A stretch of DNA of 24,786 nt from Deltaproteobacteria bacterium TL4 (GCA_051382335.1 JBBCAX010000192.1:1-24786), one strand, 5' to 3'; shown: positions 1 to 9,462, counted from the stretch's first letter. A program made the numbers and translations. The notes: generated by a model from the sequence alone, not told the origin.

Positions 1-5
1 TCATT

Positions 6-10
6 CCTCC
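6..10 (-). promoter_or_regulatory. Possible Shine-Dalgarno (GGAGG) for a further minus-strand gene starting at or just beyond the window edge
   Basis: The reverse complement of 1-12 is ACGGAGGAATGA, in the same orientation as the operon. Confidence 0.3.
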
Positions 11-148
11 GTAAAACTATTAAATCCAATTAATTCCTGGAGGGAAGATATCAACATTTGGAAACTATGTCATCAGTAAAGGATCCTCGGATCGAAAACG
101 CATGACCCGGAAAATGGGAATGCGCCCGTTAGATGCGCTACGATTTTC

Positions 149-979
149 TTAGTGCGAGGGCAATTGATATTCCTCTGGAACTTCAAATTCCGTAGAACGG
201 GCAGAAATTCTTGTAAACTCATCCAGGGGGGGATTACACCGATATCCCAGAATATCTTTTTGACGATCCGTTAAACGGTCATAAAGGGGCTGGGGCATAT
301 TACGTGAAAAATTGAAAGAAGGTTTGATAAACCAACGGGCATAGCTATAAATGATGGACCAACGAGTACTGTCTTCCTGGTTTTGTCCTCCCCCATGCCA
401 TAAACTTCCATTGTACACAATGACTGAACCACGAGGAGCTTCCAAAACAACTTCTTCATCATATTGCTTTCCATTTTCAGGATAAGCAGGATAACGATGG
501 CTTCCAGGAATCACACGAGTTGCACCATTGGATTTACGAAAATCCTCCAAACAAAAAAGAGCTATCCCTGTCAACGCAAAGGGACTTCCTGGAAACCTGG
601 AATCAATATGAAGTTGCTGGAGTGTCCCTTCTTTCAGAGGAGATCTGGCAGAACTGAGTATGTGAATAAAAGGTTCCGCATTTTCATAAGACCCTTCCTG
701 CAGAAGAAACGCCAGAAGCGGATACACAACAGGATGATCTAACAGATCAGTAAACACTTGATTTTTATTGTGTAAATTATAGACGATTTTTTCTGATGCT
801 TTGTTGTCCAATCCATGCTTTGACGCCTGGTTTAGATTTGCATGAAGAGAGGAATACTGTTGATGTAAATCTTCCAAAAGCTTGACATAAGATTGGCATT
901 CCTGGCTGGTTAGCACATTTTCAAGAACCACATAGCCATCTTTTTTGATGCGCTCATAGTATATTTGCTGTTGATCCAT
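149..979 (-). CDS. Phytanoyl-CoA dioxygenase (PhyH) family Fe(II)/2-oxoglutarate-dependent dioxygenase
   Basis: N-terminal 'KDGYVVLENVL', Fe ligands HxD ('LHIDS') and distal H ('LWHGGG'), 'NGATRVIPGSH' motif, and 2OG-binding Arg ('STRWS'). Confidence 0.9.
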   Translation of the reverse strand: MDQQQIYYERIKKDGYVVLENVLTSQECQSYVKLLEDLHQQYSSLHANLNQASKHGLDNKASEKIVYNLHNKNQVFTDLLDHPVVYPLLAFLLQEGSYENAEPFIHILSSARSPLKEGTLQQLHIDSRFPGSPFALTGIALFCLEDFRKSNGATRVIPGSHRYPAYPENGKQYDEEVVLEAPRGSVIVYNGSLWHGGGQNQEDSTRWSIIYSYARWFIKPSFNFSRNMPQPLYDRLTDRQKDILGYRCNPPLDEFTRISARSTEFEVPEEYQLPSH

Positions 980-1007
980 AGTCTCTTGACGTATATCAGG
1001 TCAATAA

Positions 1008-2936
1008 TTATTTATCTTTGAGCATCCATTGCAAAATAATTTCTTGTTTGTCAGACTCTAATTCCTGAAAGGGCAAGACTCCTCCCACACCATCTGCAAT
1101 ACCATAAATTTGTGTTGGATGACTAATACTATTTACCACAACACTCCCGTTTATACCAATCACACCTCCTGCAACTACTTCAATACCCTGGACCAGTATG
1201 GACCCTGCATGTTTGCTCAAGCGATTATACGCCCCTAAAACACGAGACACTTCCCCTATTAATACTTCTGAGAAATCCAGCCGATAAATGGAGAGATTTT
1301 TTGAGCGCGCTTGCTGTAATATTTCTGGAGGAAGAATATCAATTTGCACTAATAACAAGATACCCCCCTGACGTATTTTTAAGAGATCATCCGTTGTAAA
1401 GGCTTTGTCATAACTCATGACAATTCCTACATCAGCTTCTGTATTCACCTTTTTAACATAGCGTGTCAGATAGCTACAGGTTTCAGAATCTGCTGAAGCC
1501 GTATAAAATGTTTGAATTCTGGGATGAACCCTCACAAAATCAATGAGAGCTTGTTGTGTTAACCAATCATCATCATATCCAATCACCGTGCCTACTTCAT
1601 GTAGCTTTGCAGGAAAGGGGATACCTTGATCAATCAGGATATGGAATATGGGGTTTATTTCCAGTGCCTTAAAGATTTCCTGATCTATGGATGAGTCAGG
1701 TGTTTCCAGATGGGCTACGCAGTACCCATATCCTGTCCGGAGAGGGGTTATTTTCATCTTTTTTTGATTTTTATTTCTCGAACGAGCAATCGTTAAGACT
1801 GGGGTATAGCCTGTTTTGGCAATCAATTCCTGCAAACCTTTAAAAAGTTCTGCCAGAGTGTTCGGTTGCATGGATTTCCATGACTTGATTTGGGAGGTCG
1901 CATGGGGATGCGGAGGGAGACTCAATATTTTTTTTCCATTTGCCTTTAGAGCAGCCTCCCTGGCCATTTTTTCCGTTACAACGGATCGTCCATCAACTCC
2001 CAAATTTAAAATGGTCTCATAAGGTTGAACCTGGCATTGGGCACTGACTCGACTGACCAATTCCTGAAAACTTGAGTGAAAATAATTCAACCCGGAAGCA
2101 AGCCGCTCGGGTCCCTCCCCACTGACTTTGGGGATGTAGGGATAAATCAGGGATTCTGCCAGACAGATCAAATATTCCCAATCAAGATTTCCCAGATCAT
2201 AGCCTTCTCTATGGAGTAACGCCGCCAGTATTTCCGTCACAGCGTTGCCTGCGCTACGGCCCATGCCATAGAGAGAGCTATCCAGTACCTGTACGCCCTC
2301 TTCTGCCGCGACCAAACAATTCGCGATGGCTAACTGGAGGTTGTTGTGACTATGAAAACCCAATTGAATACCCACCTCATTATGCATGACCTTTACATAT
2401 TTCCGGACTTCTTCAGGAGTCATTCCTCCCGCGCTGTCCACCAAACAAGCAGTATCAGCCCCATAACTGGCAACTATGTTACAATGATGACTAAACTCAG
2501 AGGGGGATACCACATAACTTTTCATCAGATTGGCGGAAACTTCCAAGCCTAAACTTTTAGCTAATTCAATACTGGCTTTTGCCTGGTGGCTTTCATAAAC
2601 ATTCGTACCTACCCGTATAAAACGAATCCCCGCTTTAGCAGCGTTACGAATGGATTCCAGTTCTCCGATTCCAGGAATAAAAAAAACGCCGATCTTTGCC
2701 TGATCTCCAACCGCATCCACCGCAGATTCAATATAACGCAGATCACTTTCAGCCGCATTCCCCTTCCCCTTGGCTTGAGCGTCTAATCCTAAGCCATGTC
2801 CCACTTCAATATACTGAATATTGGCCTGGGCTAAGGAATGAGCGATCAGGTAGGTGTCTTCCGCTGTAAACTGGTAGTTAATCACATAACTACCGTCTCT
2901 CAAGGTACAATCTAATAGACAGATTTGCTTATTCAT
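1008..2936 (-). CDS. 4-hydroxy-2-oxovalerate aldolase-like (DRE-TIM/HMGL-like) enzyme with a ~300-aa uncharacterised C-terminal extension
   Basis: 'LLDCTLRDGSY', 'IEVGHGLGL', 'LVDSAGGM', 'GFHSHNNLQLAIAN', 'DSSLYGMGRSAGNA' and a DmpG-type communication segment ('SGLNYFHSSF'). The protein is 642 aa, against about 340 aa for DmpG. Confidence 0.85.
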   Translation of the reverse strand: MNKQICLLDCTLRDGSYVINYQFTAEDTYLIAHSLAQANIQYIEVGHGLGLDAQAKGKGNAAESDLRYIESAVDAVGDQAKIGVFFIPGIGELESIRNAAKAGIRFIRVGTNVYESHQAKASIELAKSLGLEVSANLMKSYVVSPSEFSHHCNIVASYGADTACLVDSAGGMTPEEVRKYVKVMHNEVGIQLGFHSHNNLQLAIANCLVAAEEGVQVLDSSLYGMGRSAGNAVTEILAALLHREGYDLGNLDWEYLICLAESLIYPYIPKVSGEGPERLASGLNYFHSSFQELVSRVSAQCQVQPYETILNLGVDGRSVVTEKMAREAALKANGKKILSLPPHPHATSQIKSWKSMQPNTLAELFKGLQELIAKTGYTPVLTIARSRNKNQKKMKITPLRTGYGYCVAHLETPDSSIDQEIFKALEINPIFHILIDQGIPFPAKLHEVGTVIGYDDDWLTQQALIDFVRVHPRIQTFYTASADSETCSYLTRYVKKVNTEADVGIVMSYDKAFTTDDLLKIRQGGILLLVQIDILPPEILQQARSKNLSIYRLDFSEVLIGEVSRVLGAYNRLSKHAGSILVQGIEVVAGGVIGINGSVVVNSISHPTQIYGIADGVGGVLPFQELESDKQEIILQWMLKDK

Positions 2937-3562
2937 ATAAGTTTCTCCTGGTTATTCTGATCTCGATAGAGATAGAGCGTGAACTCATACAGAGGATAGT
3001 CATGTCTTAACGTAATCCAGCGTGTCAATTGTTTTCCCATGGAGAAGGCGTCTTCAGGACGCATATGAAAATTTTTTTCAGTTTCATAATCAACATACGA
3101 AGATAAAAAATTGACACTGACGCCTTTTTTACAGGCATCAAACATAACTTGCAGCATCTTCTGAAGATAAGACAAATTATCTGAGATTCGATAATTTAAC
3201 GCGCCGGAACATAAAATATAATCAAAACTTTGCGCTTCCAACCTGGTTTCGAGAATATCCTGAACCAGGAATTGGGCCTCTGAATAACGGTTTTTTGCTT
3301 CCTGAATCAATTTTTCAGATAGATCAATTCCAACATAAGAGATGTTTCCAAATCGGTTTTGCAGAAAGGGATATAAATCCCCAAACCCACAACCGATATC
3401 ACAGATTGTCGCATTGGTAAAATTAGCCATTTCAGAAAGAATCTGGAACCGAAGGAGTTGCGATTTCAGGCTACCCCATCCTACTGTTTTTACATGATAT
3501 CCCAAGCTATCATAACGATTTTCATAGAGACGGATCAATGAGTTTTTTTCTTCAACTTTCAT
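2933..3562 (-). CDS. Class I SAM-dependent methyltransferase
   Basis: Motif I 'ICDIGCGFGD', motif II 'YVGIDLS', and 'FDYILCSGALN'. Overlaps both neighbouring genes. Confidence 0.9.
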   Translation of the reverse strand: MKVEEKNSLIRLYENRYDSLGYHVKTVGWGSLKSQLLRFQILSEMANFTNATICDIGCGFGDLYPFLQNRFGNISYVGIDLSEKLIQEAKNRYSEAQFLVQDILETRLEAQSFDYILCSGALNYRISDNLSYLQKMLQVMFDACKKGVSVNFLSSYVDYETEKNFHMRPEDAFSMGKQLTRWITLRHDYPLYEFTLYLYRDQNNQEKLI

Positions 3563-4355
3563 GGAGGCTTCCTAAAAATTTCAGGATGTTATCACGAAAA
3601 ACAAGTTGTTGGATGGAGTTTTCCAGATTCATTGTTTGAATCATATCCAGACTCATCTGAATTGTTTGATGATACGATCGATCAGGATAATCGGATCCCC
3701 AAAAGATGCGTTTTCCCTTCAAACTCTGAATAGCATAACCTATATCTTGAGGAAGATGTGACTGTCTAAAATATAGTAATGAAAAGGATAAATCCAAATA
3801 TAAATTGGGACAGGCTTTGGCGATCATTAAACAATCCAAAATACGATGTCCTCCCGCATGTCCCAAGGCGATACGCGTTTGGCTTGCCAATTCCGCAAGG
3901 CGACCATAAGCTTCAGGACTATTATTGAGTTTCAAATTCAACCAGTCCATGAATCCACAAATCATGACAGGCAAACCCAAAACTCCAGCCAATTGGACAG
4001 CCTCAATACAGGCAGGATGTTCCACAGAATACTGATGAAGCCTGGGATGCAACTTGATTCCTGAAACTCCATATTTTGCATAGTGCGCTATTTCATTCAG
4101 CGCACTGGACTGTAGGGGATTAACTCCAGGAAAAGGATGAAAAAATGAAGAATATTCCTGAATACTTTCTAAAAATTCTGTATTTTCAAATCCCCTTTGA
4201 TTTCCAAAATTGATACCTGGAACATTCAACAGGATAATCTTCTGGATACCTGCCTGAGAGGCTTCCTGATATAAATTTTGAGCAGCCTCTCTACAATTTG
4301 AAAATTGAGGATTGAGATGGCAATGTCCATCCAGCATTAGGAAAGGTACACTCAT
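3552..4355 (-). CDS. Amidohydrolase family protein (Amidohydro_2-like TIM barrel)
   Basis: 'DGHCH' metal motif, 'GIKLHP', 'LGHAGG', 'LYLDLS' and 'IFWGSDYP'. Confidence 0.88.
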   Translation of the reverse strand: MSVPFLMLDGHCHLNPQFSNCREAAQNLYQEASQAGIQKIILLNVPGINFGNQRGFENTEFLESIQEYSSFFHPFPGVNPLQSSALNEIAHYAKYGVSGIKLHPRLHQYSVEHPACIEAVQLAGVLGLPVMICGFMDWLNLKLNNSPEAYGRLAELASQTRIALGHAGGHRILDCLMIAKACPNLYLDLSFSLLYFRQSHLPQDIGYAIQSLKGKRIFWGSDYPDRSYHQTIQMSLDMIQTMNLENSIQQLVFRDNILKFLGSLHES

Positions 4356-4359
4356 AGCG

Positions 4360-5547
4360 CTAAATGGGTTCTACCTCAAAATGAACCATCTGGAAGACCT
4401 GATCTGCCAGATTGACTGACACCTGTCGATCGGCTCCATGTGAAATGAGCCATCCCGTTCGGCTTCCATCGGTTTGCAATTCAGGAACAATTTCGCCAGG
4501 TTTGATAAACAATCCGCCCTCAACATCAGGCAGTTTCAAGGCTTCGTCCATTCCTGATACTTTTTTCAATCTTCCTGGAGATGCTACAAAAAACCTTAAC
4601 ACAACTCCCCGTTCATAACAAGTCACAGGTTCAACAGGATCTCCCAAACACAAGCGGGTCCAGTTAGCCATCAGATCATAACCGGAGGCAGAGGGAACTA
4701 CTCGGGTGAATAGATAAAAGCCCCCACCCCGACAGGCTGTTTCTACAATTTTAGGTCCATCCTGGGTCATGATCACTTCAGAGTGAGTGGGGGCATTGTC
4801 TACGCCCATAGCTTGATAGGCTTGAGTCATCAAATCTTTAACTGCTTGTTTCATCTCACTGGAAATATTGGCAGGAAACGCCAACTGGGTTGCAACCCGA
4901 TAGGGACCTTCAGGCTTGAATTTATCTGAAATTGCCAGAATATGATGTTGTCCCTTCACAGAAAAACCTTCTACCGTTAATTCAGTACCCTCCATAAACT
5001 CTTCAATCAACACCAAGCCCTTTTTTGATTGGCGATACGCAGTTTGATAGAGGGACTCCAATTCATTTTTGTTTTTTACGACGGCAACCCCCCGTGAGCC
5101 AGAATTATCAACGGGTTTAATAACAATAGGCCAATTCAGGGATTGTGCGGCTGTGTGGAGTTCCTCAGGATGTTGAATGATTTTAAATTTGGGTTGAGCC
5201 AACCCCGCCTGTTCAAAAATGGTTCTTTGAAGTGATTTATCCAGGCTTACTTCCATTGGATGCCGACTCAATCCAGGTAGTTTTAGGCGTTCCCGAATTT
5301 CCAAAACGGTTGGAAGTGTAATGTCAGAGGCATAGCTGATCACTCCATCTACTTTTGATTCCTCTGCCCAAGCTAAATTCCCAGCGACATCTTTGACATC
5401 AAGCACACAGCTTTCATGAGCAATCGGAAGTCCTGGCGCATGAGGAGAACCATCTGAGGCTAACACAAAGTAACCTAGTTCCTTAGCTCTAACAATTGCA
5501 TCCACCTGAGCAAGACCGGCCCCAATTACCAACACTTTCTTTTTCAT
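4360..5547 (-). CDS. ATP-grasp domain carboxylate-amine ligase (L-amino-acid ligase-like)
   Basis: 'DKSLQR', 'WPIVIKPVDNSGSRGV', 'LIEEFMEGTELTVE' and 'HSEVIMTQDGPKIVETACRGGG'. Confidence 0.9.
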   Translation of the reverse strand: MKKKVLVIGAGLAQVDAIVRAKELGYFVLASDGSPHAPGLPIAHESCVLDVKDVAGNLAWAEESKVDGVISYASDITLPTVLEIRERLKLPGLSRHPMEVSLDKSLQRTIFEQAGLAQPKFKIIQHPEELHTAAQSLNWPIVIKPVDNSGSRGVAVVKNKNELESLYQTAYRQSKKGLVLIEEFMEGTELTVEGFSVKGQHHILAISDKFKPEGPYRVATQLAFPANISSEMKQAVKDLMTQAYQAMGVDNAPTHSEVIMTQDGPKIVETACRGGGFYLFTRVVPSASGYDLMANWTRLCLGDPVEPVTCYERGVVLRFFVASPGRLKKVSGMDEALKLPDVEGGLFIKPGEIVPELQTDGSRTGWLISHGADRQVSVNLADQVFQMVHFEVEPI

Positions 5548-5570
5548 ACCCTTCTATCCCATGAAAACGA

Positions 5571-6248
5571 TTATTCCAAATATTCAATATCCATTTGCGA
5601 TAAAACAGAACATAATCCAACGACATCCAAAGAACTTGAGCCTTCCTCAATTTTTTGAAACCACTCCCGTTCTTGCTGAAGACGTTTTTGAGCTTCCTTA
5701 AAGACACTCTCCAACAAATTCTGGGGGACCACAACAACACCATCATCATCGCCAAGAATGAGATCCCCTGGCATAACCGGAACCCCCCCGCACTGAATAG
5801 GAACATTGACTGAATCGGCCCATCCTTTATGGGGACCAGCAGGAATAACGCCTTTACAATAGGCAGGGAAGTGATGCTCTCTCATATAAGCGACATCACG
5901 AATAGCGCCATCAATGACAATTCCCGCGACTCCTTGCTTTTGGGCATAAGCGGTCTGCACTCCGCCCCACACCGCCTGTCCCAAATTCCCTCGCGCATCC
6001 ACGACAAGGACATCACCAGGTTCAGCGAATGTCAGAGCAAGATGACTCATAAGATTATTGCCTGACATGGATTGAATCGTCATCGCGAATCCACATAAAG
6101 CGCAATTCTCAAAAACAGGAGAAATAGTGCTGTGCATCGCATAGTAACGGTTCAAACAGTCAGACGCGATTGAGGGCGGAATTGATTTGAATCGTTCTAT
6201 CCATTCCAGGGACGGACGCTGATTTTTTTTATTTACAATCGCTCGCAT
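5571..6248 (-). CDS. RraA family / 4-hydroxy-4-methyl-2-oxoglutarate (HMG) aldolase-like protein
   Basis: 'PGDVLVVDA', 'AVWGG', 'GIVIDGAIRD' and 'VMPGDLILGDDDGVVVVP'. I moved the start to ATG 6248 (MRAIVN), which has AAAGGT upstream and avoids overlapping pseG. Confidence 0.88.
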   Translation of the reverse strand: MRAIVNKKNQRPSLEWIERFKSIPPSIASDCLNRYYAMHSTISPVFENCALCGFAMTIQSMSGNNLMSHLALTFAEPGDVLVVDARGNLGQAVWGGVQTAYAQKQGVAGIVIDGAIRDVAYMREHHFPAYCKGVIPAGPHKGWADSVNVPIQCGGVPVMPGDLILGDDDGVVVVPQNLLESVFKEAQKRLQQEREWFQKIEEGSSSLDVVGLCSVLSQMDIEYLE

Positions 6249-6258
6249 GATACCTTTA

Positions 6259-7236
6259 TCAAGGTGTGGGAAGAACTTCAGCAATATTCAGAATCCTTTG
6301 AGCGCCCTTACCATCAAAAACAATCATTTGGCGCTTCATGATCAAAGAGCGAGCCTCCGATTGAAGGGCTAATTCCCATGCGTGTCGCAAGCTCTTGTGC
6401 CCATTCCAGGCAACCCCTTCAGATTCCAGAAAAACACAAAAACGCTGCTCCATCTCATTCTGCGCGAGAACAATCGCAGGCGTTCCTACATAGGATAACT
6501 CAAAAGAAGTGGTACCACAGCCACTAATCGCCAAATCGGCTGCTGCCATCAACTCCGGAAGATTTGCAGGAGAACGATGAATTTTCACTAAATGAGGCGA
6601 ATGGGTTGCTATTTCTTCGATAAGTTTGCCATGAGGACATAATGGGCCTACAACAACATTAAGCCTTAACGCAATCGGCAGCTGATTCAGGAAGCTCAAA
6701 ACTTCCATGGTTTTTCCTGAAGGATCAGCGCCCCCCATGATAATCAACACCTCTTCCAGGGACTCACGTACAATCCTTTCATTCTGCCTATGGGGATAGA
6801 ACTGACTTCCAATCAAGGCAAATTGTAATCCTTCATAATAAGGAATATGAGTGGGTGGAGAACACTTTGAATTTTGGTTATAAAGATTCACAATGGTATC
6901 TGCCTGTGGATCGTCATAAACAAAATAATCCAATCGTATGGCTTTACATTGATTTTGACGACAGAGTTCCTTTTGTAAAGACCATGGACGATCCAGTTGA
7001 TCAATAATGACGGCTGAAATTGGATACTCCAAAATCTTTGATACGTCCTGCTCAGAATAGACGCTACCACATCTGGCAGAAGCAAACTCAAGAACCAGAG
7101 CGTCCTCATTGACACATAAAATTCCTGTTTTTGAAGGAGGTAATGCCTTGATTAAACTCAAGCAACGACTCACATGCCCCAATCCCATCACATGAGATCC
7201 CTCTGTCTTAAATAAAACAATAGGCGCAGGTGTCAT
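6259..7236 (-). CDS. pseG: PseG/SpsG-like UDP-sugar hydrolase (GT-B fold)
   Basis: 'MGLGHVSRCLSL' (catalytic His), 'IIMGGADP', 'ADLAISGCGTTSFEL' and C-terminal 'DGKGAQRI'. Lies in a cluster with pseB, pseC, pseI and pseF. Confidence 0.8.
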   Translation of the reverse strand: MTPAPIVLFKTEGSHVMGLGHVSRCLSLIKALPPSKTGILCVNEDALVLEFASARCGSVYSEQDVSKILEYPISAVIIDQLDRPWSLQKELCRQNQCKAIRLDYFVYDDPQADTIVNLYNQNSKCSPPTHIPYYEGLQFALIGSQFYPHRQNERIVRESLEEVLIIMGGADPSGKTMEVLSFLNQLPIALRLNVVVGPLCPHGKLIEEIATHSPHLVKIHRSPANLPELMAAADLAISGCGTTSFELSYVGTPAIVLAQNEMEQRFCVFLESEGVAWNGHKSLRHAWELALQSEARSLIMKRQMIVFDGKGAQRILNIAEVLPTP

Positions 7237-8389
7237 AAGAACTCAACCATTGAAGGAATCGTTCAAAACTTTGTGCATCGGTGGCAAAACTGGCACGACA
7301 ATAATTGGGATAAAATTGACCATAGGCAGTACCAGGAACCAATGCTATTTTTTGGGTTTCCAGGAGTTGTGTCGTGTAATTTTCAGAGGGATTCTTGCAA
7401 TCAAAAAATAAATAAAAAGCGCCTTCAGGCAACAAACAGAGGTGCTCTCTGCCTTTTAATACACGTGAGAGTTCTTCGTGACGGGATTGATACCCCTTTT
7501 GCATCTCTTTCAAGGCCTGTTCTCGTTCAGCTTTCTGTGTAATAGCAACATAAGCCCCTATTTGACAAAAAGGATTCACATTTGTGATGGTATTTTGTGA
7601 AACTTTAAGAACTTGAGGCACATACTCATCAGGCAAGATACTATATCCGACTCTCCAACCTGTCATGGCAAAAGTTTTTGAAAAGCTGTTCACATACAGG
7701 ATTCGATCTTTATGTGATGTATAAAACTCCGGCCTCAAACTACTGCAAAAACGGTCTGTAAACAAAATCCGGTTATACACTTCGTCAAATAAAATCAAAA
7801 ACTGATGTTCAGCCGCAAGATTCAAAAATGAAGCAATTTCCTCTCTGGAATAAACCACCCCACTGGGGTTACACGGATTGTTGAGAATCAGTAACCGAAC
7901 CTTGTCATTGAGAGTTGCTTTCAACTGGTCCAAGGTTAAACGTCCCTGCGTCAACCGGGTATCAACGTTTTTGACTTTCCCACCTGCGATTGTCACCATA
8001 TTGGCATATTGATTCCAGAAGGGTTCTGGTATGATCACCTGGTCGCCTTCATTCAATAAAGCCATGATCACGCAATAAATCGCATGAATGGCTCCACTAT
8101 GAATGAGAACATTGCCTGGTTTAATAGCAGTACCCAAATCTTCCTGATACCAATCCACAATCGCCTGACGCAACTCTGGTAAGCCTGCAGAAAAGGAATA
8201 ATGAGTTTGTCCCCCGCACATAGCCTTATAAGCGCCTTCAATGATGTATTGAGGCGTATCATAGTGGGGTTCCCCTGTTTGCAATTGGGCAACAGAAATA
8301 CCAGACCGTAATAAATGACGCACCCGGTCGGCTATTGACACAGAAGGAGGAGGGAGTACTTGCTTTAATTTGTGATTCGTAGACATCAT
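7208..8389 (-). CDS. PLP-dependent aminotransferase class I/II (aspartate aminotransferase-like)
   Basis: 'GEPHYDTP', 'NNPCNPSG', 'FDEVY', PLP-lysine motif 'NSFSKTFAMTGWRVGY' and 'PEGAFY'. The ATG at 8389 or 8386 is preferred over TTG 8404. Confidence 0.9.
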   Translation of the reverse strand: MMSTNHKLKQVLPPPSVSIADRVRHLLRSGISVAQLQTGEPHYDTPQYIIEGAYKAMCGGQTHYSFSAGLPELRQAIVDWYQEDLGTAIKPGNVLIHSGAIHAIYCVIMALLNEGDQVIIPEPFWNQYANMVTIAGGKVKNVDTRLTQGRLTLDQLKATLNDKVRLLILNNPCNPSGVVYSREEIASFLNLAAEHQFLILFDEVYNRILFTDRFCSSLRPEFYTSHKDRILYVNSFSKTFAMTGWRVGYSILPDEYVPQVLKVSQNTITNVNPFCQIGAYVAITQKAEREQALKEMQKGYQSRHEELSRVLKGREHLCLLPEGAFYLFFDCKNPSENYTTQLLETQKIALVPGTAYGQFYPNYCRASFATDAQSFERFLQWLSSYDTCAYCFI

Positions 8390-8447
8390 CTTATCGTTGA
8401 GCAATAAAATAAAAAAATGTTAACCAACCATGAATCATTAAACAACA

Positions 8448-9404
8448 TCATTTGCTCTCTTTTTTCAGGATCACATAAGTAGTTTCAGAAGATATATTTT
8501 TACAAAACTTACGTATTCCCCATGAACATAAGGGCAATATTCTACTAAGAAACATGCGCAGAAAACGTATTTTTATCAATACTGGCATCCTAGACTGAAC
8601 CCAAAGATACAAAATATCCTTGGTGGCAAATAAACTAGTATCTTTTATGAAGGTAACTTCCAACTTCAACCGCTTACCTATGGTTATGATTGCATTTCTG
8701 CTGAACATTGAAAGATGATAGGGTGTATAGGTAATTTCCATTGTTCAGGATGCTCTCTTCTAAAGAGCATCCCATCTATAATAGGGAGGCGTAAAAAAAT
8801 AATTCCATTCTCATTTAGTTTGTTTGATAACATTGAAATTAAAGAACAAGGTTCTGGAACATGCTCAATTACGTCTATTAATGTAATGATATCAAATTTG
8901 ATTTCATCAGGAATTAAGGAAATATCCGAATAACAAGATACTCCCAATTTTTCTATAGCAAGTTTTTCCGCGTGAGAATTAATCTCCACACCCGCACCAT
9001 CATAACCATATTTTTGATGCAGATAATGCAATAAAATCCCTGTGTTACATCCAAAATCCAGTATTTTGCATGGATTTTGTAGGGGGGGGGAAGTTCTCAC
9101 CAATCTGTTTTACAAACTGATAGGCGCCACCCTGATTAAGGTATAAGGAAATAGAATTTTCCATAGACTCTATGTTAGTGATTGGGCCATGACCATTATA
9201 ATAAGTATTTAAGCCTTCTAAGGATGGTTGCGGATTTACAAAATAATAATCACAGTTGCTACAGTAAGAATAACTAAAACCTTTTAAGCTCATTCCAGAA
9301 TAGTTATCAATGCTTATAAAAGCATCACTAACTTCCGAATCACACAGTAAACAGTTAGACAACTTACTTTTAAAGTGTAGATCTTCTTTACTTAACAAAT
9401 TCAT
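8448..9404 (-). pseudogene. Class I SAM-dependent methyltransferase with an N-terminal CxxC...CxxC zinc ribbon, split into three frames by two single-base indels
   Basis: Fragment 9045-9404 has 'CLLCDS...CSNCD...VNPQP'. Fragment 8684-9103 has 'KILDFGCNTG', 'GVEIN' and 'FDIITLIDVIEHV'. Fragment 8448-8741 has 'PYHLSMFS'. The pieces join into one ~318-aa protein after removing one C at the C9 tract (9082-9090) and adding one base near 8730. Confidence 0.85.
9082..9090. repeat. G9 (coding-strand C9) homopolymer at the first methyltransferase frameshift
   Basis: The plus strand reads 'tttgtaGGGGGGGGGaagtt'. C8 or C11 would fuse ...ENFPP with LQNPCKILDFGC. Confidence 0.9.
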
Positions 9405-9462
9405 ATCAATTCTCTATTGAGATATATTATTGTTTTTTGAGGGTAGAATTTTTTGAAGGAAA

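Noticed and set aside
226..232. G7 tract in the PhyH gene and C7 tract at 11575-11581 as phase-variation sites
   Set aside because: Both are short and in frame, encoding Pro-Pro or Gly-Gly, with no sign of disruption.
1008..6248. Aromatic meta-cleavage or protocatechuate degradation pathway (dmpG, ligK-like, amidohydrolase)
   Set aside because: There is no ring-cleavage dioxygenase, hydratase or DmpF, and the genes are contiguous and co-oriented with pseG and pseF.
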